From the NCBI GenBank assembly GCA_016932045.1, contig JAFGDO010000011.1, positions 71,997 to 124,620 on the forward strand: a DNA stretch of 52,624 nucleotides, in the 5' to 3' direction. The translations under genes were made by a program, and so were the position numbers. Below the pieces are notes generated by a model. The model was not told the DNA's origin. It saw only the letters and a program-made list of their open reading frames with translations, and did no database searches. This stretch comes from Candidatus Dojkabacteria bacterium (GTDB lineage: Bacteria; Patescibacteriota; Dojkabacteria; JAHIVN01). Below are positions 1-8,485 of the stretch, in pieces; the first letter of the stretch is position 1, and each line of letters begins with the position of its first letter.

Positions 1-22
1 AAAAGTTAAATAGAGACGTTTT

Positions 23-595
23 TTACTTCTTTAGTGAGTTTATAAAGAAATCTATAATTTCCTCCTTATCCTTTCTTCTTAATTTGTCTGTTCCAAGCAA
101 TTGTTTATAGGAATATAGATAGTTAACCATTCCAAATAAATAAAATACTGCAATTTTTGGTTGAAACTTCCTTACTTTTCCAGTATCTTGAGCTTTCTTG
201 ATTACTTTAACAAAGTGGACCGAAAAGGCGCTTAGTGATGCAAAGACCATTCGCTGGATTTCAATTGGAAGTAATGGTAGATCTTTAATTAGTCTACTAT
301 AAAAGGCAGAATTCTTTTCAATTCCATCAAGAAAAATTCTACATAGATATCTGATGTTTGTTGTTTTTCTTGACCGAAGATCAAGCTTTATGGCAAGTTT
401 TCCGAGTCTTTCATAGAGGCATGCGATGATTAGGTCTGCTTTTGTTGGAAAATGAAAAAATATTGTCCCATGTGCCACTTCTGCTCTTTCTGCAATTCTT
501 ATAGTCGAAGCTTCAAGAAATCCCTGTTTTAGGAATTCTTCGCCTGCGACGTTTGTTATTTCTTTTTTTGTTCTTAATTTGTCTCTTCTTCTCAC
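23..595 (-). CDS. TetR/AcrR family transcriptional regulator
   Basis: N-terminal TetR-type HTH (EITNVAGEEFLKQGFLEASTIRIAERAEVAHGTIFFHFPTKADL), about 190 aa, all-helical C-terminus. Confidence 0.85.
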   Translation of the reverse strand: MRRRDKLRTKKEITNVAGEEFLKQGFLEASTIRIAERAEVAHGTIFFHFPTKADLIIACLYERLGKLAIKLDLRSRKTTNIRYLCRIFLDGIEKNSAFYSRLIKDLPLLPIEIQRMVFASLSAFSVHFVKVIKKAQDTGKVRKFQPKIAVFYLFGMVNYLYSYKQLLGTDKLRRKDKEEIIDFFINSLKK

Positions 596-604
596 TTATA
601 CTTC

Positions 605-632
605 TTGACAACTGAGTGCTACTCAGTATAAT
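605..632 (+). promoter_or_regulatory. Sigma70-type promoter (TTGACA-N16-TATAAT) with an embedded palindromic operator
   Basis: TTGACA 605-610 and TATAAT 627-632. The spacer is the inverted repeat ACTGAGT-GCT-ACTCAGT (611-627). It lies between the divergent tetR gene and the 716 ORF. Confidence 0.5.
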
Positions 633-715
633 AAATAAAATTGAAAAGTCAAAGGGATAGTTAATAAGAAATTGTTAAAAATTGTAGCTATATTTAACTT
701 ATTAATATATAAACA

Positions 716-1339
716 ATGTCAGTGATAAACAAACTCTCCTCTTCTCTCTCATGCAAGGATGAGGCTCCAAATAAGAAGCTAGCAAGTCAGTTAATAGCTA
801 AAAAAGATAAGAAAGGTATCAAGGGAATTGCTCAACATTTAAAAGATGAGGATAGTAAGATTCAAAAGGATTGCTTAAGTGTATTTGAGTATATTGCTGA
901 TGAAGAACCTGCTCTTATTTCCCCTTATGGAAGTGATTTATTGGATTTACTGAATTCTAAAAGCAATGCTCTTGTTTGGGGCGCTATGATAGTGCTTGCA
1001 AGAATAACTGACCGGATACCAGAGAAAATCTGGGCAAAGAGAAAAGATATTGTAAATGCAACCGAAACTGGTTCAGTAATAACACAAGATAACGGAATAA
1101 AAATTCTTGCAAAAGTTGCAGCTGCTCAAAAGAAATATGAGAAAGAATTATTTCCTTTGCTCCTTAAGTATCTAATGACATGCCGTCCGAAGTCAGTTGC
1201 ACAGTTTGCTGAAAGCATATTTGTAACGGTAAATGATAAGAATAAAAAGCAATTTCTAGATATTCTTAACAAAAGAATGCTAGTATTAAGTAAATCACAG
1301 CAAAGCAGAATAAATAAAATTTCAAAAAGATTAAAATGA
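716..1339 (+). CDS. Hypothetical alpha-helical protein (HEAT/ARM-like repeats)
   Basis: 207-aa ORF downstream of the TetR-controlled promoter. Repetitive helical pattern; no catalytic motif recognised. Confidence 0.55.
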   Translation: MSVINKLSSSLSCKDEAPNKKLASQLIAKKDKKGIKGIAQHLKDEDSKIQKDCLSVFEYIADEEPALISPYGSDLLDLLNSKSNALVWGAMIVLARITDRIPEKIWAKRKDIVNATETGSVITQDNGIKILAKVAAAQKKYEKELFPLLLKYLMTCRPKSVAQFAESIFVTVNDKNKKQFLDILNKRMLVLSKSQQSRINKISKRLK

Positions 1340-1854
1340 AAGGCATACCAAAATTTCCCAAAGAATACTTCCTGAAATATAGCACTAAGCCTGTTGATAT
1401 AAAACCCTTTGATCCAAAAATAAAGGGGGTTGCAAAACAATACGCAAGGAAACTAAATAGGCTTATTAGCGATTTTGAATTAAAAGTGATGCACAGAGGG
1501 GCAACTGCCTTTGGTATATCAGGAAAAGAAGATATTGAATTCGGAATCTATCCGGACGAAGATCAGTGGTTTATGTTGCTGATGCATCTTATAAATCACT
1601 TTCAAAAAATTGACAACCTTGAAGAAAACTATGCAAGGTTTAACGATAAGTTTAGGGGTTATGATATAGAGATTATCTTGATGAAAGGACATGATGCAAA
1701 AGTAGATAAATGTCTAATTGAGTATCTATTGTCCCACCCCAGACTACTCAAGCAATACGAAGACGTAAAAGAAAAATATGCATACTCAGGAAGAGAATAT
1801 GCGATTCACAAGGACAAATTTCTAAGAAAGATTATTAAATTAATACCGGAGTAA
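1336..1854 (+). CDS. GrpB-like nucleotidyltransferase-fold protein
   Basis: ATGA start/stop overlap with the upstream ORF. HRGATAFGISGKEDIEFGIY resembles the GrpB H-x-G-S-T...D-I-D core. The C-terminal IEYLLSHPRLLKQYEDVKEKYA resembles the GrpB F-R-D-Y-L-x-x-H-P...Y tail. Confidence 0.5.
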   Translation: MKGIPKFPKEYFLKYSTKPVDIKPFDPKIKGVAKQYARKLNRLISDFELKVMHRGATAFGISGKEDIEFGIYPDEDQWFMLLMHLINHFQKIDNLEENYARFNDKFRGYDIEIILMKGHDAKVDKCLIEYLLSHPRLLKQYEDVKEKYAYSGREYAIHKDKFLRKIIKLIPE

Positions 1855-1909
1855 AAGTGCACAATCTTGCGATTATTCAACCATGTTAGGCAAAAAAGAA
1901 GTTAGAATT

Positions 1910-2740
1910 CTACCTTCTTGCGAATATTAGCGAGATGCTGTTTGAATTTACCTTTGTTTGGGCAACAGTATAAATTTCTCCATCTATTCTAAGTTCTATG
2001 CTAGTTAAAGTCTTGTTACATCCGCTGACAATGATATCAATGGCTTCTGCCATTTCAGATCCCTCTTTTACCTTATATACATCATCTCCTACCATTAGAG
2101 CTTCAAATTCAATTAATCGACTAGGTTTATCAACCAAGTTCATAACAATAGAGGCATCATTCATCAGTGTCCACCACCCTGAATAATCAGTGCCGGAAAA
2201 ATCAATTTTTAGTATTAACTTACTGTTTTCTATCAGGATTTTGTATGCTCCCTCTACCCTTTCGTACCAAGCCGACTCACTTTGTTTTAGTATATCTCCC
2301 ATCACATAGTTTGCGATTTTCTCATCGAATGTCATCTTTGCGTACTGAGAATCGTCACTTGTGTGGAACTGAGCATCAAAATCTTTAAGCCTGAGAATGG
2401 TTGTTCCAGATATAAAATCCTCACTATCATAATCATAGTAATACTGCCAGTCGAGGTAAATTTCCTCTATGTCGGCGGGAATTTTATGAGTAATGTGTTC
2501 GTCCAATTGGGATTCGGATTCAATGAAGGTTTCTGATTGTGTAGCTTCCCCAAGAATCTCAGATCTGTCAGATTGTTCAAAAAAGTCTTCACTTTTGCCT
2601 GTGAATTCAAGACCGAGAGCGTTTGAAAGAAAAGAATTTTCAATAGGTCTGAAGAAGACAATGGGAAAAGTTACAAGCGATATAAGAACCAGAATTATCG
2701 TAGCCTTAAGCTTTGGATTTAACTCTTTGATCTTTTTCAT
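1910..2740 (-). CDS. Membrane-anchored hypothetical protein
   Basis: 276-aa ORF with one N-terminal TM/signal segment (ATIILVLISLVTFPIVFF). Confidence 0.6.
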   Translation of the reverse strand: MKKIKELNPKLKATIILVLISLVTFPIVFFRPIENSFLSNALGLEFTGKSEDFFEQSDRSEILGEATQSETFIESESQLDEHITHKIPADIEEIYLDWQYYYDYDSEDFISGTTILRLKDFDAQFHTSDDSQYAKMTFDEKIANYVMGDILKQSESAWYERVEGAYKILIENSKLILKIDFSGTDYSGWWTLMNDASIVMNLVDKPSRLIEFEALMVGDDVYKVKEGSEMAEAIDIIVSGCNKTLTSIELRIDGEIYTVAQTKVNSNSISLIFARR

Positions 2741-2752
2741 TTATTTTAATTA

Positions 2753-3826
2753 TCAAAAATTATTTAATTTCATTAAAGCATTATTTTTCTCACTTCTCTG
2801 AATTTTAGCTCTTTTTATGGCTTTTTTCAAAAGATCGATCGACTTGTCATATGTTTCCTTGTCGACTGGGTACGGATATCCATCTTTCCCCCCGTGGGCA
2901 AAGGAATACTTTACAGGGTCTTTCCAGTCGGCTTTTGTACCAAAGGCGAGTTCAGCGATAAGAGTCAAGGCCCTAATCGACTTCGGCCCCACTCCATAGA
3001 CTCCTAGCAGATCTTCAAACTTTTCAGGTTGTGTTTCATATGTTGACAGGAGAACCTTCTCTAAATTTTTAGGCAGCATATCATCTCTTTCTATCCACTC
3101 TCTTCTGGGTAAGCTCAAAGTTGTAATTTTCTTATATTCTTTTAGAATTTTATCTGGTTTTTCCTTGGAAATCTCAGAAATTACCTTTCTAGAATTTGTG
3201 CTTTGAGGTGAAGTGAGATTTAGGACATTTGTAAGTTTTCTGTCATCGCAAATAGCGCTTTGTGGTTCGTTTACAAAATCTGTAAACTTTTCGGACATCC
3301 AGTGATACCGCCGTGCATTCCGGCTCTTTATATTCATGCCCTGCTGAACAACAGCCCAAGTTCCATTCATTGTAAAGAAAAAGTTGTGATGATAAAGTTG
3401 GTATCCATCCTGTACTGCAGTTGAGTCAACTTTTGCACTCATACGACTTGCATAAATTAACTTTTCAGGGTTTACAGAAATACTGACCTTTTCACCCCAA
3501 TATTCAATCTCTTTTGGAGTCTTCCGGCTAGTTCTTCCTTTTCCTCCAGCAACAAAGAAGTTTAAATCCTTTTCTAGTCCTTTAATGCCTTCTTTTAAGG
3601 CTCCGCAGGTTACTGTTGTTAAACCTGAAGAATGCCAGTCGTAACCTAAAACACAACCAAAGGCTTGAAACCAGTAAGGGTCTGATAGACGCACAAGCAT
3701 TTCGTGTGAGCCAAATTCTTCAATAATTGCAATTGTAATTTCTCTTGCCAATTTTTCCATGCGGGAAAATAACCATCGCGGGGCTTTTCCCCAGTGCATC
3801 GGAAGATTTGCAATACCTGTTCTCAT
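2753..3826 (-). CDS. DUF763 family protein
   Basis: N-terminus TGIANLPMHWGKAPRWLFSRMEKLAREI matches my memory of the DUF763 signature (TG-x-A-D-L-P-L-H-x-G-x-x-P-x-W-L). Confidence 0.6.
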   Translation of the reverse strand: MRTGIANLPMHWGKAPRWLFSRMEKLAREITIAIIEEFGSHEMLVRLSDPYWFQAFGCVLGYDWHSSGLTTVTCGALKEGIKGLEKDLNFFVAGGKGRTSRKTPKEIEYWGEKVSISVNPEKLIYASRMSAKVDSTAVQDGYQLYHHNFFFTMNGTWAVVQQGMNIKSRNARRYHWMSEKFTDFVNEPQSAICDDRKLTNVLNLTSPQSTNSRKVISEISKEKPDKILKEYKKITTLSLPRREWIERDDMLPKNLEKVLLSTYETQPEKFEDLLGVYGVGPKSIRALTLIAELAFGTKADWKDPVKYSFAHGGKDGYPYPVDKETYDKSIDLLKKAIKRAKIQRSEKNNALMKLNNF

Positions 3827-3868
3827 GGGTGAAAATGGTCAAAGGTAAAAGGTATAAAGTATATGTTG

Positions 3869-4243
3869 CTAACCAGATTTATTTCTATCATTGATAAGGC
3901 TGAAAAGTAATCTTTCAAGATCTTGGGCTGATGAAAGTGCTGTGTATACTTTTTCTCTTTCTAATTTATATTCCTGATATAAAAAAGATATTAGGTATTT
4001 GGATTCTTCAAGATTCCTATATGCTCTGTCTAGGGAAAGTAGCGGCCTGCTTTTTGTCCTTCTTATACCATCTCTTGATAACCCCTGAATGATATTGAAA
4101 ACAATTGAAATCGATATTCTCCGCAACGCAATTCCTGTCCCGAAAAGTTTCTCTTCCTTTAGACCTCGTGCTACTTTGAATGATTTATGTGCAAATTTAT
4201 CTGCCAGAGTATATATCTCCCGAAGTGTTTGTGACTTTCTCAT
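3869..4243 (-). CDS. Four-helix-bundle protein (23S rRNA intervening-sequence protein family)
   Basis: 124 aa. LRRISISIVFNIIQGLSR resembles the family motif L-R-R-A-x-x-S-I-x-x-N-I-A-E-G. Confidence 0.5.
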   Translation of the reverse strand: MRKSQTLREIYTLADKFAHKSFKVARGLKEEKLFGTGIALRRISISIVFNIIQGLSRDGIRRTKSRPLLSLDRAYRNLEESKYLISFLYQEYKLEREKVYTALSSAQDLERLLFSLINDRNKSG

Positions 4244-4312
4244 AATTGTGTTTTTACAATTTTAGATAACACTTCTGGGGTTGTTTTAGAGTTTTAGGGT
4301 AACAGCCTTCGT

Positions 4313-4339
4313 CAATCTTCAATCTTCAATCTTCAATCT
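4313..4339. repeat. Perfect heptanucleotide tandem repeat CAATCTT x ~3.9
   Basis: caatctt caatctt caatctt caatct, read directly from the sequence; intergenic. Confidence 0.95.
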
Positions 4340-4388
4340 ACTGTGTTCTGAGCGTGCTTGTAATGAGTTTCCCGCATTGCCGAAGGAC

Positions 4389-4444
4389 AATTAAGAATTA
4401 AAAATAAAATTGGAATTGAAAAATGTAAAAGTCATAAGTCTAAA
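4389..4444. repeat. Degenerate 7-nt periodic tract
   Basis: aattaag aattaaa aataaaa ttggaat tgaaaaa tgtaaaa gtcataa gtctaaa. Confidence 0.7.
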
Positions 4445-4560
4445 AGCTTTATTGCCACTTATAGCCTTAATAGTTGCTCTAGCTCCTTATAATAGAGAAT
4501 TCTTTGTATTCGATTTTCAATGACTTTTAGTATTATACCTACTTTCATGTTAAGGTTTAG

Positions 4561-4914
4561 TTAACGAGTAAAATGTAAGGCAGGAGATTCAACAAAAGCA
4601 TGGATCTCCTCTTTTTGTAAGTTGTATTTAGGCTTATGTCTCAAGATTTCGAACTTTTGTAGTTGTTTTGCTTCTTTTTTGCTGTCACATTCAATGTAGT
4701 TGATGTAGGTGATGTCTAACCACTCATTAGTATAGAACTTATCAAGAAGCTCTTCTCTTAGTCGTCCCTTCTCTGCTCGTCCAATATAATAGATTGGGTA
4801 AAGTGAATTCTCGTCAGCAATTCCTCGAAGATAATAAACGCCATTCACGTTTGGAACGAAATTCTTTATCGCATTTCTGCTGTAAACCATAAGAGTTGTT
4901 GGTTTATGGGTCAT
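4561..4914 (-). CDS. GIY-YIG nuclease-superfamily domain protein
   Basis: GVYYL...YYIGRA...R...E...N spacing is typical of GIY-YIG. The gene is divergent from lexA. Confidence 0.5.
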   Translation of the reverse strand: MTHKPTTLMVYSRNAIKNFVPNVNGVYYLRGIADENSLYPIYYIGRAEKGRLREELLDKFYTNEWLDITYINYIECDSKKEAKQLQKFEILRHKPKYNLQKEEIHAFVESPALHFTR

Positions 4915-4979
4915 GATAATAAATTAAAAATTAAAAATTGAGGATTAAATTTAGAATTTCTTAATTCTAATAAATAATA

Positions 4980-4995
4980 GAACAAACAATAGAAC
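4980..4995. promoter_or_regulatory. GAAC-N8-GAAC box (candidate operator, copy A)
   Basis: GAACAAACAATAGAAC matches the reverse complement of copy B at 14/16 positions. It sits about 66 nt upstream of the GIY-YIG start, in that gene's sense orientation as GTTC-N8-GTTC. Confidence 0.35.
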
Positions 4996-5068
4996 GTGTC
5001 AAGTATTTTATAAAAATGTTCTTGACTTTTATTTTCAAAGTAATTTATAATGAGGGTGGAAAAGATTT

Positions 5069-5084
5069 GTTCGATTTTTTGTTC
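5069..5084. promoter_or_regulatory. GTTC-N8-GTTC box (candidate operator, copy B)
   Basis: GTTCGATTTTTTGTTC, about 58 nt upstream of the lexA ATG. Confidence 0.35.
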
Positions 5085-5096
5085 GTTAACTTGGGG

Positions 5097-5110
5097 TACA
5101 GGATCCTGTA
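5097..5110. promoter_or_regulatory. Perfect 14-bp palindrome TACAGGATCCTGTA (alternative LexA operator candidate)
   Basis: Read directly; 32-45 nt upstream of the lexA start. Confidence 0.3.
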
Positions 5111-5141
5111 TTCCCATCTTTAAAATTTTAAAGATTTCAGA

Positions 5142-5744
5142 ATGAAAAAATTGCATCCCACACAGGATAAACTTCTAAATCTGCTTCGAAAAAATATTGA
5201 CGATCCGCTTACAATACGTGAAATTCAGGATGAACTAAATATTTCTTCCACGAGTGTTGTAGCACATCACATTACTCAACTTGAGAAAAAAGGATATCTT
5301 AAGCGAAACCCAAATAACCCCAAAGACTACCAGATTCTTTCTGATTCTCCTGAGAAACTTATTACATACTTAAATCTCTATGGTCTTGCTCAATGCGGTC
5401 CAAAGGGGTCAATACTTGAGGGTGATCCTGAAGATAGAATTCCGATAGCATCACGGCTTGTTTCCTTTCCTGTCGTTGAAGCCTTTATGGTAAAAGCTAA
5501 GGGAGATTCTATGGAACCGAAGATTCATGAGGGCGACTTTGTGATAGCACGCAAAGGTAATGAGGCTGAAAGTGGGAATATTGTAGTCTGTGTAAATGGC
5601 GGAGAAGCAATGATTAAAAGAATCAAAAAAGAGAACGATAGTGTGATTTTAATTTCTGAAAATTCAAGTTATTCGCCGTTCCTTGCTGCTTCAGATTTTC
5701 GAGTTGAAGGTGTGGTGAAGGGAGTGATTGCTAGGACGTTGTAA
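5142..5744 (+). CDS. lexA: LexA repressor (S24 peptidase)
   Basis: N-terminal wHTH (LTIREIQDELNISSTSVVAHHITQLEKKGYLKR). C-terminal S24 Ser/Lys dyad context (AKGDSMEP...AMIKRI). Confidence 0.9.
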   Translation: MKKLHPTQDKLLNLLRKNIDDPLTIREIQDELNISSTSVVAHHITQLEKKGYLKRNPNNPKDYQILSDSPEKLITYLNLYGLAQCGPKGSILEGDPEDRIPIASRLVSFPVVEAFMVKAKGDSMEPKIHEGDFVIARKGNEAESGNIVVCVNGGEAMIKRIKKENDSVILISENSSYSPFLAASDFRVEGVVKGVIARTL

Positions 5745-5874
5745 AAGAAGCAAACCCTTCGATTCCACTCATGGCTAGCAGCTTACAGCTAATAAAGAAA
5801 AGCTAAATCGAACAAAAACTGATCACTAGAGGATTGATTATTTACTTAAAGTCAAATTAATTACTATTCAGTCT

Positions 5875-6465
5875 ATGCACAAAAAGAAAGATAGCTTAAC
5901 AAAATTTATGCAGTTTATGTTTGAAGTCGGAACTTTAAGAAAGGTTCTCAGGTCACACAGGCAAACTCTTTTGACTGATGATCTTTCAGATAATATTGCC
6001 TCCCATTCGTATAGAGTTGCAATGATAGGATATTTACTAGCAAAAGCTGAAAAGGCTAAGGCAAATAAAGTGGTTCTTATGTGTTTGGTTCACGATATTA
6101 GTGAGGCTAGGTCCGGGGACCAGAACTGGGTGTACAAAAAATACGTCAGGGTTTTTGAGAATGAAATCATGAAAGATCAGCTGGAAGATTTAACACAAGA
6201 CAATGAACTTTTACAGATAGCACAGGAGTATGAAAGAAGAAGAAGCAAGGAAGCAAAAATTGCCAAAGATGCCGATCTCTTGGATCAAGTTTTTTTATTG
6301 AAAGAATATGCAAATAACGGTAACCAAGAAGCTAGTGAATGGTTAGTAGGTAGAGAGCAGGAGAAACGGATGTACTCCTCTACAGCGAAAATGATTGCCC
6401 AGAAAGTAAGGGGGAATTCTGTACACTGCTGGTGGGATGATTTGTGGACGGCGGATAGGAGGTAG
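5875..6465 (+). CDS. HD-domain phosphohydrolase (YfbR-like)
   Basis: H...HD...D motif: IASHSYRVAMIGYLL...LVHDISEARSGD...DADLLDQ. Confidence 0.8.
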   Translation: MHKKKDSLTKFMQFMFEVGTLRKVLRSHRQTLLTDDLSDNIASHSYRVAMIGYLLAKAEKAKANKVVLMCLVHDISEARSGDQNWVYKKYVRVFENEIMKDQLEDLTQDNELLQIAQEYERRRSKEAKIAKDADLLDQVFLLKEYANNGNQEASEWLVGREQEKRMYSSTAKMIAQKVRGNSVHCWWDDLWTADRR

Positions 6466-6687
6466 AAGAAGCAATCTACAATTGTCAATCTTCAAGGATC
6501 AATTAAAAAGTAATAATGGCGAATGAAGTATTAAGAATTATACAAATATATAATTGTACAGATATGCAATTAAAAACTAAGAATTAATTATTAGAAAATC
6601 ATTCAGATCTTTCAATCACCTGATCGATTTGATCACTTCGTTCATTTAATCATCTTAATCATTTTAATCTTTAATCATTCACTACAG

Positions 6688-7263
6688 ATGAACAAGAATA
6701 ACAAAGAAGTAGAATTCAAGTACCGGGTAAAGAACAAATCAAAGCTTTTAAAGTGGCTTAGGAAGAATGCTAAGAAGGCATACGAGTATCGCCAGGTTGA
6801 CAGGTATTACACTCCCCCACATAAGAATTTCTTTGATAAGGAATATCCAAATGAGTATTTAAGAATCCGCCAGTCAGGTGACAAATTTTCAATTACCTAT
6901 AAATATTGGTATGCAATGAAAGGCACCAATGAGCATTCTCACTGCGATGAGTATGAAACGGATGTAGAGAATGGCGAACAAATGAAGAAGATATTTAAAG
7001 CTCTAGATTTTAAGTTGCTGGTAATAGTTGATAAACACAGGACTGCTTATAATTACCAGAACTTTGAAATTGAGATTGATAACGTAAAAAGCCTTGGGTT
7101 TGTTTGTGAAATTGAACTTAAAGACGGCTACAAGACTATTGAGGATGCACATAGGATGATTAGAAAATTAGCTCGCGAATTAGGATTTGCTGAAAAGGAT
7201 CGTGGGGCAGATCTGAAATTAGGTTACGCTTTTTTGATTGCCAAGAAGAAAGGAATAGTTTGA
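6688..7263 (+). CDS. CYTH-domain protein (CyaB/ThTPase-like)
   Basis: N-terminal ExExK signature (EVEFKYRV); YLRIR and EIE/EIEL strands typical of the CYTH tunnel fold. Confidence 0.7.
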   Translation: MNKNNKEVEFKYRVKNKSKLLKWLRKNAKKAYEYRQVDRYYTPPHKNFFDKEYPNEYLRIRQSGDKFSITYKYWYAMKGTNEHSHCDEYETDVENGEQMKKIFKALDFKLLVIVDKHRTAYNYQNFEIEIDNVKSLGFVCEIELKDGYKTIEDAHRMIRKLARELGFAEKDRGADLKLGYAFLIAKKKGIV

Positions 7264-7409
7264 AGTTATAAAAAAAAGCCCCCCGACCGGCTAACTTGTA
7301 ACTAACAAGGGGTTTAAACCCCTTGTCCAAACGAAGTATTCAATGTTCAGAGACCTGCTCCTGCAGATAACTCCTATTCACAGCCCATTTATGCTAATAT
7401 TTACCTGCT

Positions 7410-8384
7410 ATGAAAATAGACAGAAAATACTTTGTCCCAATTGGCTGTATTTTTATTGTTATCACTATTCTACTCTCATTTGGTATTTATTTTACTTTGA
7501 ACCTGATATTCTCAGGTAAAGAAGCAATTGAAGAAGAGACAGGGGCAGCCGAGACTACATCTATCTTGAAAGAAGAAGGCAGTTCAAAAAGTTCAAATGA
7601 TCCAATTCAGCTTATTTTTATCCATCACTCAACTGGCGAGAATTGGCTTGCAGATGAAAACGGCGGGCTTGGAAAGGCTCTTGCTGAGCACAATTATTTC
7701 GTTAGCGATACCAATTATGGCTGGCCTTCTACAGACTCAGCGGGCTCATCTCAAGGAAGCTCAGTCCAGGTGGTTCAAGGTATTGGTGATTATACAGATA
7801 TTGGTCACTGGTGGTTGTGGTTTAGGGGAAGAAGCAGCAACAATATTCTTAAGGCTTTGTATGAAGAATCGAGCCAGAATTCAGAGTATACAAGATTGGA
7901 TAATAATCCAGGAGGTGAAAATGAAATAATTATGTTTAAATCCTGTTTTCCGAATTCGGCTTTAAAAGGGAATATTACTGATACTGTTCCAGAGATAGGA
8001 AATAATCCTTTAGTGGGCGAAAGTAGCGATAGTGTCTACCACACTTTGGCAAATGCAAAAGGGATCTATATTGATTTGCTAAATTATTTTAAAGATAAGC
8101 AGGATAAGTTATTCATTGTTGTTACTGCTCCACCTCTAAGTGATTCTACGTATGCATCAAATGCTATGGAATTTAATAGATGGCTTGCTAATGATTGGTT
8201 GAAAGATTATGAGTACGATAATGTGAAAGTCTTCGATTTATTTACTATTCTAGCTGATGAAAAGGGAATATTAAAATATCCTTCGAGAGAAGGTGATGAT
8301 CACCCTTCCAGAGAAGGAAACCTCAAAGCAACCGAAGAATTCATAGTATTTATAGATGAAGCTGTTGAAGAGTGGCAAGGATAA
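7410..8384 (+). CDS. Secreted or membrane-anchored hypothetical protein
   Basis: 324-aa ORF with an N-terminal TM segment (FVPIGCIFIVITILLSFGIYFTL). No family recognised. Confidence 0.6.
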   Translation: MKIDRKYFVPIGCIFIVITILLSFGIYFTLNLIFSGKEAIEEETGAAETTSILKEEGSSKSSNDPIQLIFIHHSTGENWLADENGGLGKALAEHNYFVSDTNYGWPSTDSAGSSQGSSVQVVQGIGDYTDIGHWWLWFRGRSSNNILKALYEESSQNSEYTRLDNNPGGENEIIMFKSCFPNSALKGNITDTVPEIGNNPLVGESSDSVYHTLANAKGIYIDLLNYFKDKQDKLFIVVTAPPLSDSTYASNAMEFNRWLANDWLKDYEYDNVKVFDLFTILADEKGILKYPSREGDDHPSREGNLKATEEFIVFIDEAVEEWQG

Positions 8385-8485
8385 AGAGTCGATAAACGAT
8401 TGAAGATTAAGACGATTAATCAATAAAATCGTCCTAATCATCTTAATTGATTTAGCAGATTTAAAAATTATAAACTTTTAACTCA

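Noticed and set aside
4911-5156. 81-aa ORF spanning the whole lexA / GIY-YIG intergenic region, with an ATGA overlap to the GIY-YIG start
   Set aside because: It is encoded largely by 7-nt periodic low-complexity DNA and runs through both candidate operator boxes and the lexA promoter. Its start overlaps the lexA coding start on the opposite strand. It is most likely a chance ORF in AT-rich sequence.
7597-7929. Alternative-frame 110-aa ORF inside gene 7410-8384. Similar same-strand or antisense shadow ORFs include 1126-1440, 1998-2801, 8760-9095, 9711-10028, 12439-13264, 15534-15932, 22016-22663, 26536-27614, 28897-29735, 30396-30768, 38879-39085, 39659-39856, 43106-43336, 45028-45213, 46127-46360, 47913-48149 and 48881-49066.
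   Set aside because: All are nested within or antisense to much longer ORFs that have recognisable domains or coherent composition. They are typical shadow ORFs.
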